This document shows, in pieces, positions 20,562 to 29,480 of a stretch of DNA of 64,000 nt. The notes under the pieces are model-generated. The model saw only the letters and a program-made list of their open reading frames with translations. It was not told the DNA's origin and searched no databases. The DNA lies in assembly GCA_963751455.1 (NCBI GenBank), contig CAVVUN010000015.1, positions 512,001 through 576,000 of the forward strand, given 5' to 3'. Source of the stretch: Nitrospirota bacterium. Its GTDB lineage: Bacteria > Nitrospirota > UBA9217. The position numbers were made by a program, and so were the translations under genes. Position 1 is the first letter of the stretch. The number at the start of each line of letters is the position of its first letter.

Positions 20562-22739
20562 ATGTCTGACCTGCTTGTCGAAATAGCCGTCAATATCTCC
20601 GTTAACAAGACTTTTTATTACCGCGCTCCGGAACAGATGAAAGGCGTTCTTGTGCCCGGGGCCCGCGTACTTGTGCCCTTCGGCGCGAGGCGCATTGCCG
20701 GGACAGTGCTCGGCTTTCCGGACAAAACTGCTCAGATCGCTCTGAAGTCGGTGATCGAAATACTGGACGATCCTCTGCCTCCGGACCTCCTCCAACTTGC
20801 CCGATGGATGGCCGAATACTACCTGTACCCGCTCGGCCAGACCATCGAAGCCGTTGTGCCCAAAGCTCTTTCCCGCGCAAAACCCAAAAAGAAAAAGTAC
20901 CTGGAGCTTCTCTCCGGAGATCATGATCTCGAAGCCCTTCGGGGGCCGAAGCAGAGAGAGCTTCTCCTGCTCCTGTGCGATCGTCAGGTCATGAGCATGG
21001 AAGACCTGAAGGAGTTTTCTTCTGTCACGATCAAAAGCCTGTGCGCATTCAATATGGCCGCGGTCGTCGAGCGTGAAGTAGAAGAGCAACCGGAAACGGT
21101 TCCATTCACGCCGAGCCGGCCGCCCGAACTGATGCCTGCTCAGTCTGAAGCTGTGCGCCGGATCGACGAAGCTGTCCTCCGCGCAAAGTTCGGCGCTTTT
21201 TTGCTCCACGGCGTGACGGGCAGCGGCAAGACTGAAGTCTATCTTCATGCCATCAAACAGGCTTCCAACTCGGGCAAAGGCGCGATCGTGCTCGTCCCGG
21301 AGATCGCGCTGACGCCGCAGCTCCTGTCGCGCTTCAGGCAGCGCTTCGGCAGCCGGGTCGCCGTGCTGCACAGCGGCCTTTCGGACCGTGAGCGGGCGGG
21401 TGAATATCGCCGTATTCAGAGCGGCCAGGTAGACGTGGCCGTCGGCGCCCGCTCGGCCGTGTTTGCTCCCTTTAAAAATACGGGACTCATCATTGTCGAC
21501 GAGGAGCACGAAAATTCATATAAGCAGGATGAGGGTCTGCGCTATCACGCACGCGACGTCGCGGTCGTTCGGGCGAAGTTCAGCAGCGCCGTTGCCGTGC
21601 TCGGCTCCGCGACCCCGTCTCTCGAAAGCTGCTACAATGCCAGGAACGGCAAATACGAGTATCTCCGGCTTGCGGACCGCGTAGACCACCGGCCGATGCC
21701 AAGCGTGGGCATCGTGGATGTAAAACAGACCCACAAAGAATCCCTCTATACCCCGGCGCTGATTTCTGCCGTCGGACAGCGGCTCGAAAGAAACGAACAG
21801 GTCCTTCTTCTCCTGAATCGCCGCGGGTTCTCGTCGGTCCTCATCTGCCGGGAATGCGGCGCCGCCATAAAATGCCCGAGCTGCAGCGTCTCACTCACTT
21901 TTCATAAATCAGAACAAAAGCTGAAATGCCACTACTGCGGGTATCTGACCCGGCTTCCGGATAAATGCCCGGCCTGCCAGGGCATCGATCTGAAGCTTCT
22001 CGGATCCGGAACGCAGAAGATCGAGGAAGAGGTGCAGAAACTTTTTCCTGCAGCGCGCATGAAAAGAATGGACAGCGACTCGGTCAAGGGAAGGGATGCC
22101 TACGAACGCCTCCTTCAACAAGTAGACCGGCGGGAAGTCGACATTCTGCTGGGTACACAGATGGTCGCAAAGGGACATGATTTTCCGGCGGTGACTCTCG
22201 TCGGTGTGGTTGATGCGGACGTCGGACTGAATCTGCCCGACTTCCGGTCAGCGGAAAAAACGTTTCAGTTGATTACCCAGGCAGCTGGAAGGGCGGGAAG
22301 GGGAGAGCTCGCCGGCGAGGTGATCATCCAGACAATGAACCCGAATCATTATTCCATTCGGCACAGCAGGACGCACGATTATGACAGCTTCTACAACGAG
22401 GAGATCGTGTACCGGACCGAACTCGGATATCCCCCGATAGGAAGGATGATCAAACTTGAAATTAAAGGTCCGGACGAGGCGCAGGCAGCGGAAGCCGCGA
22501 AAACCGCGCAGAACCGGATCAGGACCCTTATGCGGGCAAACAAGGATACTGTTCTTCTCGGTCCTGCTCCCGCCCCAATTGCGCGCGTGCGGGGGCAATA
22601 CCGGTTCCAGCTGATTTTGATTTCCCGAAAGAGGGACATGATCAGGTTTCTCGCAATAGAGGGAAGGAACGCGGTCGAGGAGAAGTTCGGCAGGAAGTGT
22701 AAAGTTATCGTGGACGTGGATCCGGTGAACCTGATGTAA
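20562..22739 (+). CDS. priA: Primosomal protein N'
   Basis: GVTGSGKTEVY, VPEIALTPQ, DEEH, four CxxC motifs, GTQMVAKGHDF, QAAGRAGR, VDVDP. Confidence 0.96.
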   Translation: MSDLLVEIAVNISVNKTFYYRAPEQMKGVLVPGARVLVPFGARRIAGTVLGFPDKTAQIALKSVIEILDDPLPPDLLQLARWMAEYYLYPLGQTIEAVVPKALSRAKPKKKKYLELLSGDHDLEALRGPKQRELLLLLCDRQVMSMEDLKEFSSVTIKSLCAFNMAAVVEREVEEQPETVPFTPSRPPELMPAQSEAVRRIDEAVLRAKFGAFLLHGVTGSGKTEVYLHAIKQASNSGKGAIVLVPEIALTPQLLSRFRQRFGSRVAVLHSGLSDRERAGEYRRIQSGQVDVAVGARSAVFAPFKNTGLIIVDEEHENSYKQDEGLRYHARDVAVVRAKFSSAVAVLGSATPSLESCYNARNGKYEYLRLADRVDHRPMPSVGIVDVKQTHKESLYTPALISAVGQRLERNEQVLLLLNRRGFSSVLICRECGAAIKCPSCSVSLTFHKSEQKLKCHYCGYLTRLPDKCPACQGIDLKLLGSGTQKIEEEVQKLFPAARMKRMDSDSVKGRDAYERLLQQVDRREVDILLGTQMVAKGHDFPAVTLVGVVDADVGLNLPDFRSAEKTFQLITQAAGRAGRGELAGEVIIQTMNPNHYSIRHSRTHDYDSFYNEEIVYRTELGYPPIGRMIKLEIKGPDEAQAAEAAKTAQNRIRTLMRANKDTVLLGPAPAPIARVRGQYRFQLILISRKRDMIRFLAIEGRNAVEEKFGRKCKVIVDVDPVNLM

Positions 22740-22771
22740 GCCTTTTTTAAACTACTCAAGCAAAAAAGACA

Positions 22772-23022
22772 TCTCGCGCAAAGCCGCGCCCTGCATTCGC
22801 GCGTTCGCAATTCTTAGACTCATTGTTGTACCATCTCGCTTAAAAACGCGAGACGGGAATCAAGGGTAAAGCATAGACCCATTATTGTACCATCTGCCTG
22901 AGAAACGACAGACGGGAATCAAGGGTCTCATAAACGCTGGGTGCAGGCAAAGTCGCAAAGAACTGCAAAACTGAGTTTCTAAATCTTAAACTATTTTTTG
23001 CCGTCTCTGCCTTTGCGCGAAA
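22772..23022. repeat. CGCAAAG-family element interrupted by a 161-bp insertion
   Basis: TCTCGCGCAAAGCCGC|insert|AAAGTCGCAAAG...CTTTGCGCGAAA; the uninterrupted arm is seen at 3659. Confidence 0.8.
22788..22948. mobile_element. Putative non-autonomous element GCCCTGCA...TGCAGGC containing two tandem 53-bp hairpin units
   Basis: Clean insertion into a host repeat; units at 22815-22867 and 22874-22926; related copies at 28678, 28806 and 46781. Confidence 0.65.
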
Positions 23023-23141
23023 ACCGTTTTAATATCTTTTTGTGTCTGTTCAGGCATTATGTGTTTCTATGGGTGGGGTGCTGTGCGGTTCTACGATGCG
23101 GGATTAAAGCGGGCACCGGTTCGTCCGGTGCCCCAGGATGA

Positions 23142-23402
23142 TTACTTGTAACCGCCGGCAGCGGGAGCAGCAGCGGGTGCCGCAGCAGGTGCAGCAGCAG
23201 GTGCAGCAGCTTTCTGCTCTTCCTTCTTAGCCTCTTCTTTCTTGGCCTGTTTCTTCTTGGAAGCTTTCTTCTTCTTTTTTACAGGGGCTTTCTCTTCCTT
23301 CTTCGCCTCATCAGACGCGGGTTTAGCAGCTTCTTGTGCAAACGCGAAACCCATGGTCATGGTGAAAATCAGCGAAATAGCCAACGCGAGAATCTTCTTC
23401 AT
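23142..23402 (-). CDS. Small secreted Lys/Ala/Pro-rich low-complexity protein, 86 aa
   Basis: AAGGAGGT RBS, signal peptide MKKILALAISLIFTMTMGFAFA, (AAPA)n tail, downstream hairpin GGGCACCGG-N5-CCGGTGCCC. Confidence 0.8.
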   Translation of the reverse strand: MKKILALAISLIFTMTMGFAFAQEAAKPASDEAKKEEKAPVKKKKKASKKKQAKKEEAKKEEQKAAAPAAAPAAAPAAAPAAGGYK

Positions 23403-23448
23403 CCTTTTCACCTCCTTTCAAGCAAAAATGATAATAATAAATGTTTAT

Positions 23449-23477
23449 ACTCTATCAAAGGCATAACCGCACGTCAA
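23449..23477 (-). promoter_or_regulatory. Putative sigma70 promoter of the small secreted protein
   Basis: TTGACG-17 bp-TAGAGT on the minus strand. Confidence 0.55.
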
Positions 23478-23513
23478 GCTCCGTCTAATCAATTTTTCCT
23501 GTAAAAACCGTCT

Positions 23514-25058
23514 TCAATGCCCGGCAGGCGGACCGCTCGCACCCGTCTCGGCCCGCTGCATAATAAACACGAGCGGGAGCATGCAGAGGATCATCAGGCA
23601 GATGATAAGGAATGCATCGGAGAAGGCGAGCGTAGTGGATTGCCGAACGAGTTCCCGGTACATTAGTCCGTCCGCGGCATTCGTGGGCAAGCCCTTTGCC
23701 GCAAGGGCTGATGCCAGATTGTCCCGGTAAAGCGAATAGCCCGGGTCGAACGGAGACAGGTGCTCGACGAGGCGCGTCTGATGGAACTGCGCCCGGCGCG
23801 CGAGCACCGTCGTTGTGAAGGCTATGCCTACGCTCCCTCCAAGGTTTCGAAGCAGGTTGTACAAGGAGGTCGCCTCTGTCATCTGCTCCCTCGGAATGTG
23901 CGACAGCGTGAGGGTCGTGAGGGGGATGAATGTCATTCCCATGCCGAACCCGAGGAATACCCGCGGCCATACGAACGTCCAGAAATCGGTGGTCAGGTTG
24001 AACCTGGACATGAGATATGTGCTGAGCGCGCAGAGACTGATGCCGAAGACCAGGAAGCGCTTCGGGTTCACTTTCCCCACGAATTTGCCGACGATGGGCA
24101 TCGCGAATATTGTGGCGATACCGCCCGGGCCGAGCACCAGCCCCGCATAATATGACGTATAACCCATCAGGTTCTGAAGGAATATAGGCAGGAGCACAAT
24201 GCTGCCGAAGAGGTTCAGGAAAACGAAGAACATGACCGTTGCGCCGCTTGTGAATGTCCGGTCCTTGAACAGCCTCAGGTTTACAATCGGGTGCTCCGAA
24301 TACATCTCGTTGATCACCAGAAGAACCAGTGCAACGACCGCGATCACCGAGAAGATTACAATCAGATCCGATTCGAACCAGGCCTCGCTCTCGCCTTTGT
24401 CGAGAAGAAACTGAAGCGAGCCGAGCCCGACGGCAAGGAGCAGCAGACCGGAATAGTCTATTTTCATTTTCTGCCGTTTCATGTAAGGGGGGTCCTGGAT
24501 GACGATGATGTTCATGATGATCGAGAGTATACCGATAGGGATATTGATATAGAAGATCCAGCGCCAGGACCAGTTGTCCGTTATCCATCCGCCGAGCAGC
24601 GGTCCCACGATCGGGCCGAGCATGGCCCCCAGGCCGAAGATTGCCATGGCTTGGCCGTGCTTCTCCCTCGGAAATGACTCGAGCAGGATGGACTGGCTTA
24701 TCGGAACGAGGCCGCCTCCTCCCAGGCCCTGCACTACCCTGAAAAAGACCAGGCTGCTCAGGTTCCAGGCCGAGCCGCACATGAACGAACTGATGGTAAA
24801 CAAGGCGATCGAGGCGATCTGGTAGTTTTTCCTTCCCATAAGACGGGCAAGCCAGCCTGCCATTGGAATGACGACCGCGTTCGATACCAGATACGCCGTG
24901 ATGGTCCAGGTGGCCTCATCCATCCCGGCAGACAACGAGCCCCTGATGTGGTTCAGCGAGACATTAACGATCGAGGTATCGATGATCTCGATCAGAGTAG
25001 GGAGCATGACGGTAAAGGCGATAAGGCCGCGGCTGGTAGTCTTGTGCTGCAGGGTCAT
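23514..25058 (-). CDS. emrB: DHA2 family MFS efflux permease (EmrB-like)
   Basis: IDTSIVNV, WTITAYL, GPIVGPLLGGW, WRWIFYINIPIG, RNLGGSVG; about 14 TMs. Confidence 0.9.
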   Translation of the reverse strand: MTLQHKTTSRGLIAFTVMLPTLIEIIDTSIVNVSLNHIRGSLSAGMDEATWTITAYLVSNAVVIPMAGWLARLMGRKNYQIASIALFTISSFMCGSAWNLSSLVFFRVVQGLGGGGLVPISQSILLESFPREKHGQAMAIFGLGAMLGPIVGPLLGGWITDNWSWRWIFYINIPIGILSIIMNIIVIQDPPYMKRQKMKIDYSGLLLLAVGLGSLQFLLDKGESEAWFESDLIVIFSVIAVVALVLLVINEMYSEHPIVNLRLFKDRTFTSGATVMFFVFLNLFGSIVLLPIFLQNLMGYTSYYAGLVLGPGGIATIFAMPIVGKFVGKVNPKRFLVFGISLCALSTYLMSRFNLTTDFWTFVWPRVFLGFGMGMTFIPLTTLTLSHIPREQMTEATSLYNLLRNLGGSVGIAFTTTVLARRAQFHQTRLVEHLSPFDPGYSLYRDNLASALAAKGLPTNAADGLMYRELVRQSTTLAFSDAFLIICLMILCMLPLVFIMQRAETGASGPPAGH

Positions 25059-25945
25059 CGGGCAAGCACCGTCGGTTCCACCGACATGCCGACCTTCAGA
25101 ACGTGGTCCTTGTCCGCTCCCGCTTCCAGCACAATTTTGACCGGGACCCGCTGTACTACCTTCACGTAATTGCCGGTCGCATTTTCGGGCGGAAAAAGCG
25201 AGAAGGACGCTCCTGTACCGGCCATGATACTGTCCACTTTTCCTGTGAAGACTTTGCCGGGATATGCGTCCACCCTGATCTTTACTTGCTGCCCCGGCCG
25301 GATGCGTGCGAGCTCGGTTTCCTTGTAATTTGCAACGACGTAAATGTTTTCAAGCTCCACCACAGCCATAAGAGGCTGCCCTGTCTGCACCTGGTTGCCG
25401 GTCTGAACGGATTTGCGCGTGACATAGCCGTTGGAAGGAGCCGGAACAATAGTATAGCCAAGGTTGAGATTGGCCTGCCGGAGCTGCTCCTCGGCCAGCT
25501 TCACCTGGGCGGCGGCGACATCCCGGGAAGAGACAGCCTTGTCATACCGGTCTGCAGAGTTCGCGTCCTGCTCGAACAGCGCCTTCGCCCGCTTCAGGTC
25601 CTTTTCGGCCTGACGGAGGTTCGCACGCTGGAGTTCAAAGTTCGCACGGGCGGCTTCGGCGCGCGACCGGTAATCCACTTGATCGAGTTCGACCAGTATA
25701 TCTCCCTTCTTGACCGGCTGGTTGTCCTCCGCGCGAACGGTCTTGACATTGCCGCTGACCCTTGCAGAGATCGTATGAATGTTGCCCTCGATGAAGGCAT
25801 CGTCCGTGGACACGTGCGTCCTCCGGTATTGTGAATAAAAAAAGGCGGTGATCAGGCCCATGAGAACAACGATTCCGACGATTAAAAAGGCTTTTTTCTT
25901 TTTCTTTCCGTTGCTGCCGTCAGTTGCTTGCTGCTGTTCCGCCAT
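25055..25945 (-). CDS. emrA: HlyD/EmrA family membrane fusion protein
   Basis: STDDAF, ANYKET, FSLFPPENATGNYVKVVQRVPV. Confidence 0.9.
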   Translation of the reverse strand: MAEQQQATDGSNGKKKKKAFLIVGIVVLMGLITAFFYSQYRRTHVSTDDAFIEGNIHTISARVSGNVKTVRAEDNQPVKKGDILVELDQVDYRSRAEAARANFELQRANLRQAEKDLKRAKALFEQDANSADRYDKAVSSRDVAAAQVKLAEEQLRQANLNLGYTIVPAPSNGYVTRKSVQTGNQVQTGQPLMAVVELENIYVVANYKETELARIRPGQQVKIRVDAYPGKVFTGKVDSIMAGTGASFSLFPPENATGNYVKVVQRVPVKIVLEAGADKDHVLKVGMSVEPTVLAR

Positions 25946-25987
25946 TCCATTCTCCTATCAGCTATAGCTGTCATCTGACAACCTGGA

Positions 25988-27274
25988 TCATTTGGCATAC
26001 GTGCGCGTCAGGTCCTTGCCGGCCGCGTTTAAAAATGAAGCTTCAGCCCGTTCAAATCCATAGAGTGCTTTCCACGAATTCGTCTCCGCCGTACTAAGGA
26101 GGGTTACCGCATCCAGTACTTCTGTCGCGGTGCCGACGCCCTCCTGGAACCGCAGCCGCTGCAGACGGAGATTTTCCTCCGCCTGCGCCATCGCCGTCCT
26201 GGCAACCTCAATTTTCCGGCCGGAGCTCTGCAGTTCCAGATACGCGCCCTTGACCTCAAGCCGAATGGCGTCAAGCATCTTTTCACGGGACAGCTTGAGC
26301 GACCGGAGCTCGCTTCTCGCAATGCCGACCCTGGAACTGCTCGCTCCGCCGGACAGCAGGTTCAGATTTATTCCTGCTATGACCGACCAGTTGTCCTGAT
26401 GGACCAGGTATCTGTTTTCGAGATTTTCGTAGCCCCCGGAAACGTAAAAGGTGGGCATGTATTCGGCCTGCGCCGCTTTCACGTTTTCTTCTTTCGCGGC
26501 GATCACTGCATCCAGTTGCTGAAGCACCGGGCGCGCAGCCTCAGCGCTTGCCCATGCTTCTTCGAGTGTAAGCCCTGCTGAGGGTCTTATGCCGATTTCT
26601 TCCGCCTGTACTTGTTCATTGAGGGGCCTGAGCAGGAGACTGTTTATCTGCGACGCCCTGAGAGACACCATGTTCTCCGCGGTCAAAAAGCGCTGGCGGG
26701 AATCGGCCAGCGTAACATCCGCCTGCAACACCTCGCTTTTTGTGATTATTCCGGCATGATACCGCGCTTCAGCGTCTTTTTTGTGCGCCTCGTAGCGCTG
26801 CACTTCCTTGCCTCCGACCTGCAGCAGTTTATCGGATTCGAGGAGCGCCAGATATGCCGTCACAAATTCGAGTGCGGCCCTGCTTCTCGTACCCCGGGTT
26901 TCAAACTCGCGGGCTCTCACTCCGTGTTCTGCGGCGCTGACCGATGCCGAGGTCCTCCCGAAATCATAGAGAACCTGATTGGCGCGCACCCCGTAGGTCA
27001 GGAACCGGTCCTGGGAAGTGGAAAACGAGCCGAAGGGCGCCTTCGCGGCAGGCTGGTATCTCAGCCATGTTTCGCGCCCGTACAAATCAACCGACGGCAG
27101 CCGGGGTGAGCGCGCCAACGAAACAGCGCTTCGCGCTGCCTCCTCGTCAGACTCTGCAATTTTGATATCCCGCCCGCTCTCGGTGACGATTTTGAGCCCC
27201 TCCTGGAGGGTCAGTGCCGGGCTTTGAGAGGGAAGGAGCAATAGAAAGAGAAAAAGCAATTCGGATCGTTTCAT
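25988..27274 (-). CDS. TolC family outer-membrane efflux protein
   Basis: Signal peptide, LTLQEGL, helical repeats, R(Y/F).EG.G motifs; GAGGTG RBS; upstream of emrAB. Confidence 0.88.
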   Translation of the reverse strand: MKRSELLFLFLLLLPSQSPALTLQEGLKIVTESGRDIKIAESDEEAARSAVSLARSPRLPSVDLYGRETWLRYQPAAKAPFGSFSTSQDRFLTYGVRANQVLYDFGRTSASVSAAEHGVRAREFETRGTRSRAALEFVTAYLALLESDKLLQVGGKEVQRYEAHKKDAEARYHAGIITKSEVLQADVTLADSRQRFLTAENMVSLRASQINSLLLRPLNEQVQAEEIGIRPSAGLTLEEAWASAEAARPVLQQLDAVIAAKEENVKAAQAEYMPTFYVSGGYENLENRYLVHQDNWSVIAGINLNLLSGGASSSRVGIARSELRSLKLSREKMLDAIRLEVKGAYLELQSSGRKIEVARTAMAQAEENLRLQRLRFQEGVGTATEVLDAVTLLSTAETNSWKALYGFERAEASFLNAAGKDLTRTYAK

Positions 27275-27439
27275 CGCACACCTCGAGGGCTTCGCAAAAT
27301 GTAAGTAGGCGCTATAATACATGAAAAATAGAGAAAAGGAAAGGTTCGCCGGCCATGTTATGCAGGCAGTTTCGGTACTTTTTTTCTTCGCCCGACTTGC
27401 TGCAGGGTTTATAATAGTTGAAGAGAGGAAGTTAACAAA

Positions 27440-28363
27440 ATGCCGCACGTTATTTCCGCAAGCAGAAGGACCGATATCCCGGCTTTTTATTCTGAGTGGT
27501 TTCTGAACCGGCTGAAGGCCGGGTTTGTCTATGTACAGCAGCCCTATAACGGAAAGATGCGGCGTGTATCATTGGATCCTGATGATGTAAGCGCCATATT
27601 TTTCTGCTCAAAAAATTACCGGCCGCTTTTGGGTAAACTTGAAGAGATCGAGCGAACCACACCGAACCTTTTCTTTCACTATACGATAACAGCGAACAGG
27701 GAACTTGAGTTCAATACGCCCGACTACCGGGAGGCAATTCGGGATTATATCTACATTGCGGAACGCTACTCGCAGGACCACATCATCTGGCGGTATGACC
27801 CCATCTGCATAACCGACAAGCTTTCCCTGGAAGTGCATGAGGAGCGTTTTGTGCGCTGCGCCGAGCTTCTCAAAGGACATGTTAAACGCTGCATTATCAG
27901 TTTTGTTTACCCGTATAAAAAAGTGATTTCGAATATGAAGAAGTATACCGACCATGCAATACTTGATCTATCCACGGAAGTAAAAAGAGCATATGCAGAC
28001 CGTCTCGCAATGAAAGCACGCTCCTTCGGTGTTCAGCTTTATGCCTGCTGTAATGATTATCTGCTTTCGGACAATGTGTTTAAGGGAAGCTGCATAGACG
28101 GACAGTACCTGACAAGGCTGTTCAAGGCGCCGATCGATACCAGGACGGCAGCCTCACGGAAAGAGTGTGGTTGTACAAAAAGCGTGGATATCGGGGCATA
28201 CGACACCTGCGCCCATGAATGCATTTATTGCTACGCAACGATGGACAAAAATAAATCGAGGTCCGTTCAGCAGATGCATCACCCGAAATGGAATTCGCTC
28301 AGGAGCAACGTCCCTGAAAGCGTGGCGGAACAGGCCGGTGAAGCGCAGATGCAGCTCTTGTAA
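27440..28363 (+). CDS. DUF1848 family protein
   Basis: ISASRRTDIPAFY, WRYDPI, C-terminal ECGC..SVDIGAYDTC.HECIYCYA. Confidence 0.88.
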   Translation: MPHVISASRRTDIPAFYSEWFLNRLKAGFVYVQQPYNGKMRRVSLDPDDVSAIFFCSKNYRPLLGKLEEIERTTPNLFFHYTITANRELEFNTPDYREAIRDYIYIAERYSQDHIIWRYDPICITDKLSLEVHEERFVRCAELLKGHVKRCIISFVYPYKKVISNMKKYTDHAILDLSTEVKRAYADRLAMKARSFGVQLYACCNDYLLSDNVFKGSCIDGQYLTRLFKAPIDTRTAASRKECGCTKSVDIGAYDTCAHECIYCYATMDKNKSRSVQQMHHPKWNSLRSNVPESVAEQAGEAQMQLL

Positions 28364-28395
28364 TTTGCACCGGAAAAGAATTAATTGATATCAGC

Positions 28396-28423
28396 CACGG
28401 ATACACACGGATGAACACGGATA
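28396..28423. repeat. Single arm of CACGGAT tandem units (10-bp period)
   Basis: CACGGAT at 28396/28406/28416; similar to the arms at 1644 and 50703. Confidence 0.6.
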
Positions 28424-28677
28424 AAAGGAAAGGGCGGCCGGTCTGGTGAGTATTTAGCCCCGAAAAGAGATCTTTTCCTCCGCGCCCTCGCCGACCGCGC
28501 TTTTTGAAAAGCCTTAAACCAAAGGACCTGCCCCGCGAGCACAGCCTGCATTCGTACTTCGTCATGATCCTTTTCTTTTTCTGCACCGCCGTTCTCATCG
28601 CCGCGCAGACATGCCAGAATGTCTTCTGTTTAACTTAGCATGCAGTATAGCCGCCCATTGCGCTGAGCTTCGCACGC

Positions 28678-28752
28678 GCCTGCATGAGTTGTGGTTTACC
28701 GCCTCGATTCCCGGTCATGTAAAGCGCGGACGCTGCTCACGGGATGCAGGGC
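28678..28752. repeat. GCCTGCA...TGCAGGGC family element (reverse orientation)
   Basis: Termini are the reverse complement of the 22788 element ends; contains GATTCCC. Confidence 0.5.
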
Positions 28753-28805
28753 CTATTTGGACAAGCGGGTCAAAAGCAATACAATAAGTTCTAAATCCGC
28801 ATTTC

Positions 28806-28868
28806 GCCTGCGCCCAGCGTTTATGAGGCCCTTAATTCCCGTCACGAGTCGAACTTCTTGGCATGACG
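28806..28868. repeat. Partial inverted copy of the 22788 element
   Basis: GCCTGCGCCCAGCGTTTATGAGGCCCTTAATTCCCGTC matches the reverse complement of 22911-22948 with 3 mismatches. Confidence 0.8.
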
Positions 28869-28941
28869 TTCAAGATCTTGTTTTTGCAGAAAGGGAACAA
28901 AAAAGGCCCGGCATGCCGGGCCTCGATAGTGAAGGGTGAGA

Positions 28942-29145
28942 TTACATCTTTGTTACATGAGCGGCTTTGGGACCTTTCGGGCTGTCAACTACTTCAAACG
29001 TAACTTCTTCGCCTTCAGAGAGCGTTTTGTAGCCTTCGCCCTCGATTTCGCTGAAGTGCACGAAGACGTCTCCCCCGTCTTCTTTGGCAATGAAGCCAAA
29101 ACCTTTAGCCTCATTAAACCATTTTACTTTTCCTCGTGTTGCCAT
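28942..29145 (-). CDS. Cold-shock protein (CspA family)
   Basis: GKVKWFN..KGFGFI, DVFVHFS; GGAGG RBS; downstream hairpin GGCCCGGCATGCCGGGCC plus T-run. Confidence 0.95.
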   Translation of the reverse strand: MATRGKVKWFNEAKGFGFIAKEDGGDVFVHFSEIEGEGYKTLSEGEEVTFEVVDSPKGPKAAHVTKM

Positions 29146-29171
29146 GGGTTACCTCCTTCCGCTAAATAAAG

Positions 29172-29223
29172 CCCCCTCTCCCTTTTTCCCTCTCCCTCCA
29201 GGGGAGAGGGGCAGGGGTGAGGG
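29172..29223. repeat. CCCTCTCCC...GGGAGAGGG palindromic element in the csp leader
   Basis: CCCTCTCCC-TCCAG-GGGAGAGGG inner hairpin with outer CCCTC/GAGGG. Confidence 0.7.
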
Positions 29224-29480
29224 AGCTCATATATCGAAGAATAGGAAGACGTCGCAAAAAAAGCCTCGAAGCTTAAGTCTCCGGGGCTTTATACGGCAAA
29301 AACTGACTTCCAACTTCTATAAAATAATCCCACATCGGCGTCACAAAATCAAGAAGATTTATAGGGCATTCGCAGGCTTCCGGTTGATATTGACAAGTTA
29401 ATAATAAAGTCTTAAATTAAGATTTCAAGCTTGAGTGATGAGTCATCGCAAGAATCGACAAACTATCGAGGCTGAGTAAA

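Noticed and set aside
22815-22926. Possible mini CRISPR array or integron attC sites
   Set aside because: Only two 53-bp units with a 6-bp gap, no unique spacers, no cas or integrase gene, and no RYYYAAC/GTTRRRY ends.
23155-23210. 12-bp tandem repeat
   Set aside because: It simply encodes the (AAPA)n tail of the small secreted protein.
28299-28939. Short ORFs 28299-28598 and 28691-28939
   Set aside because: They are largely translations of repeat elements and have no RBS or recognisable motif.
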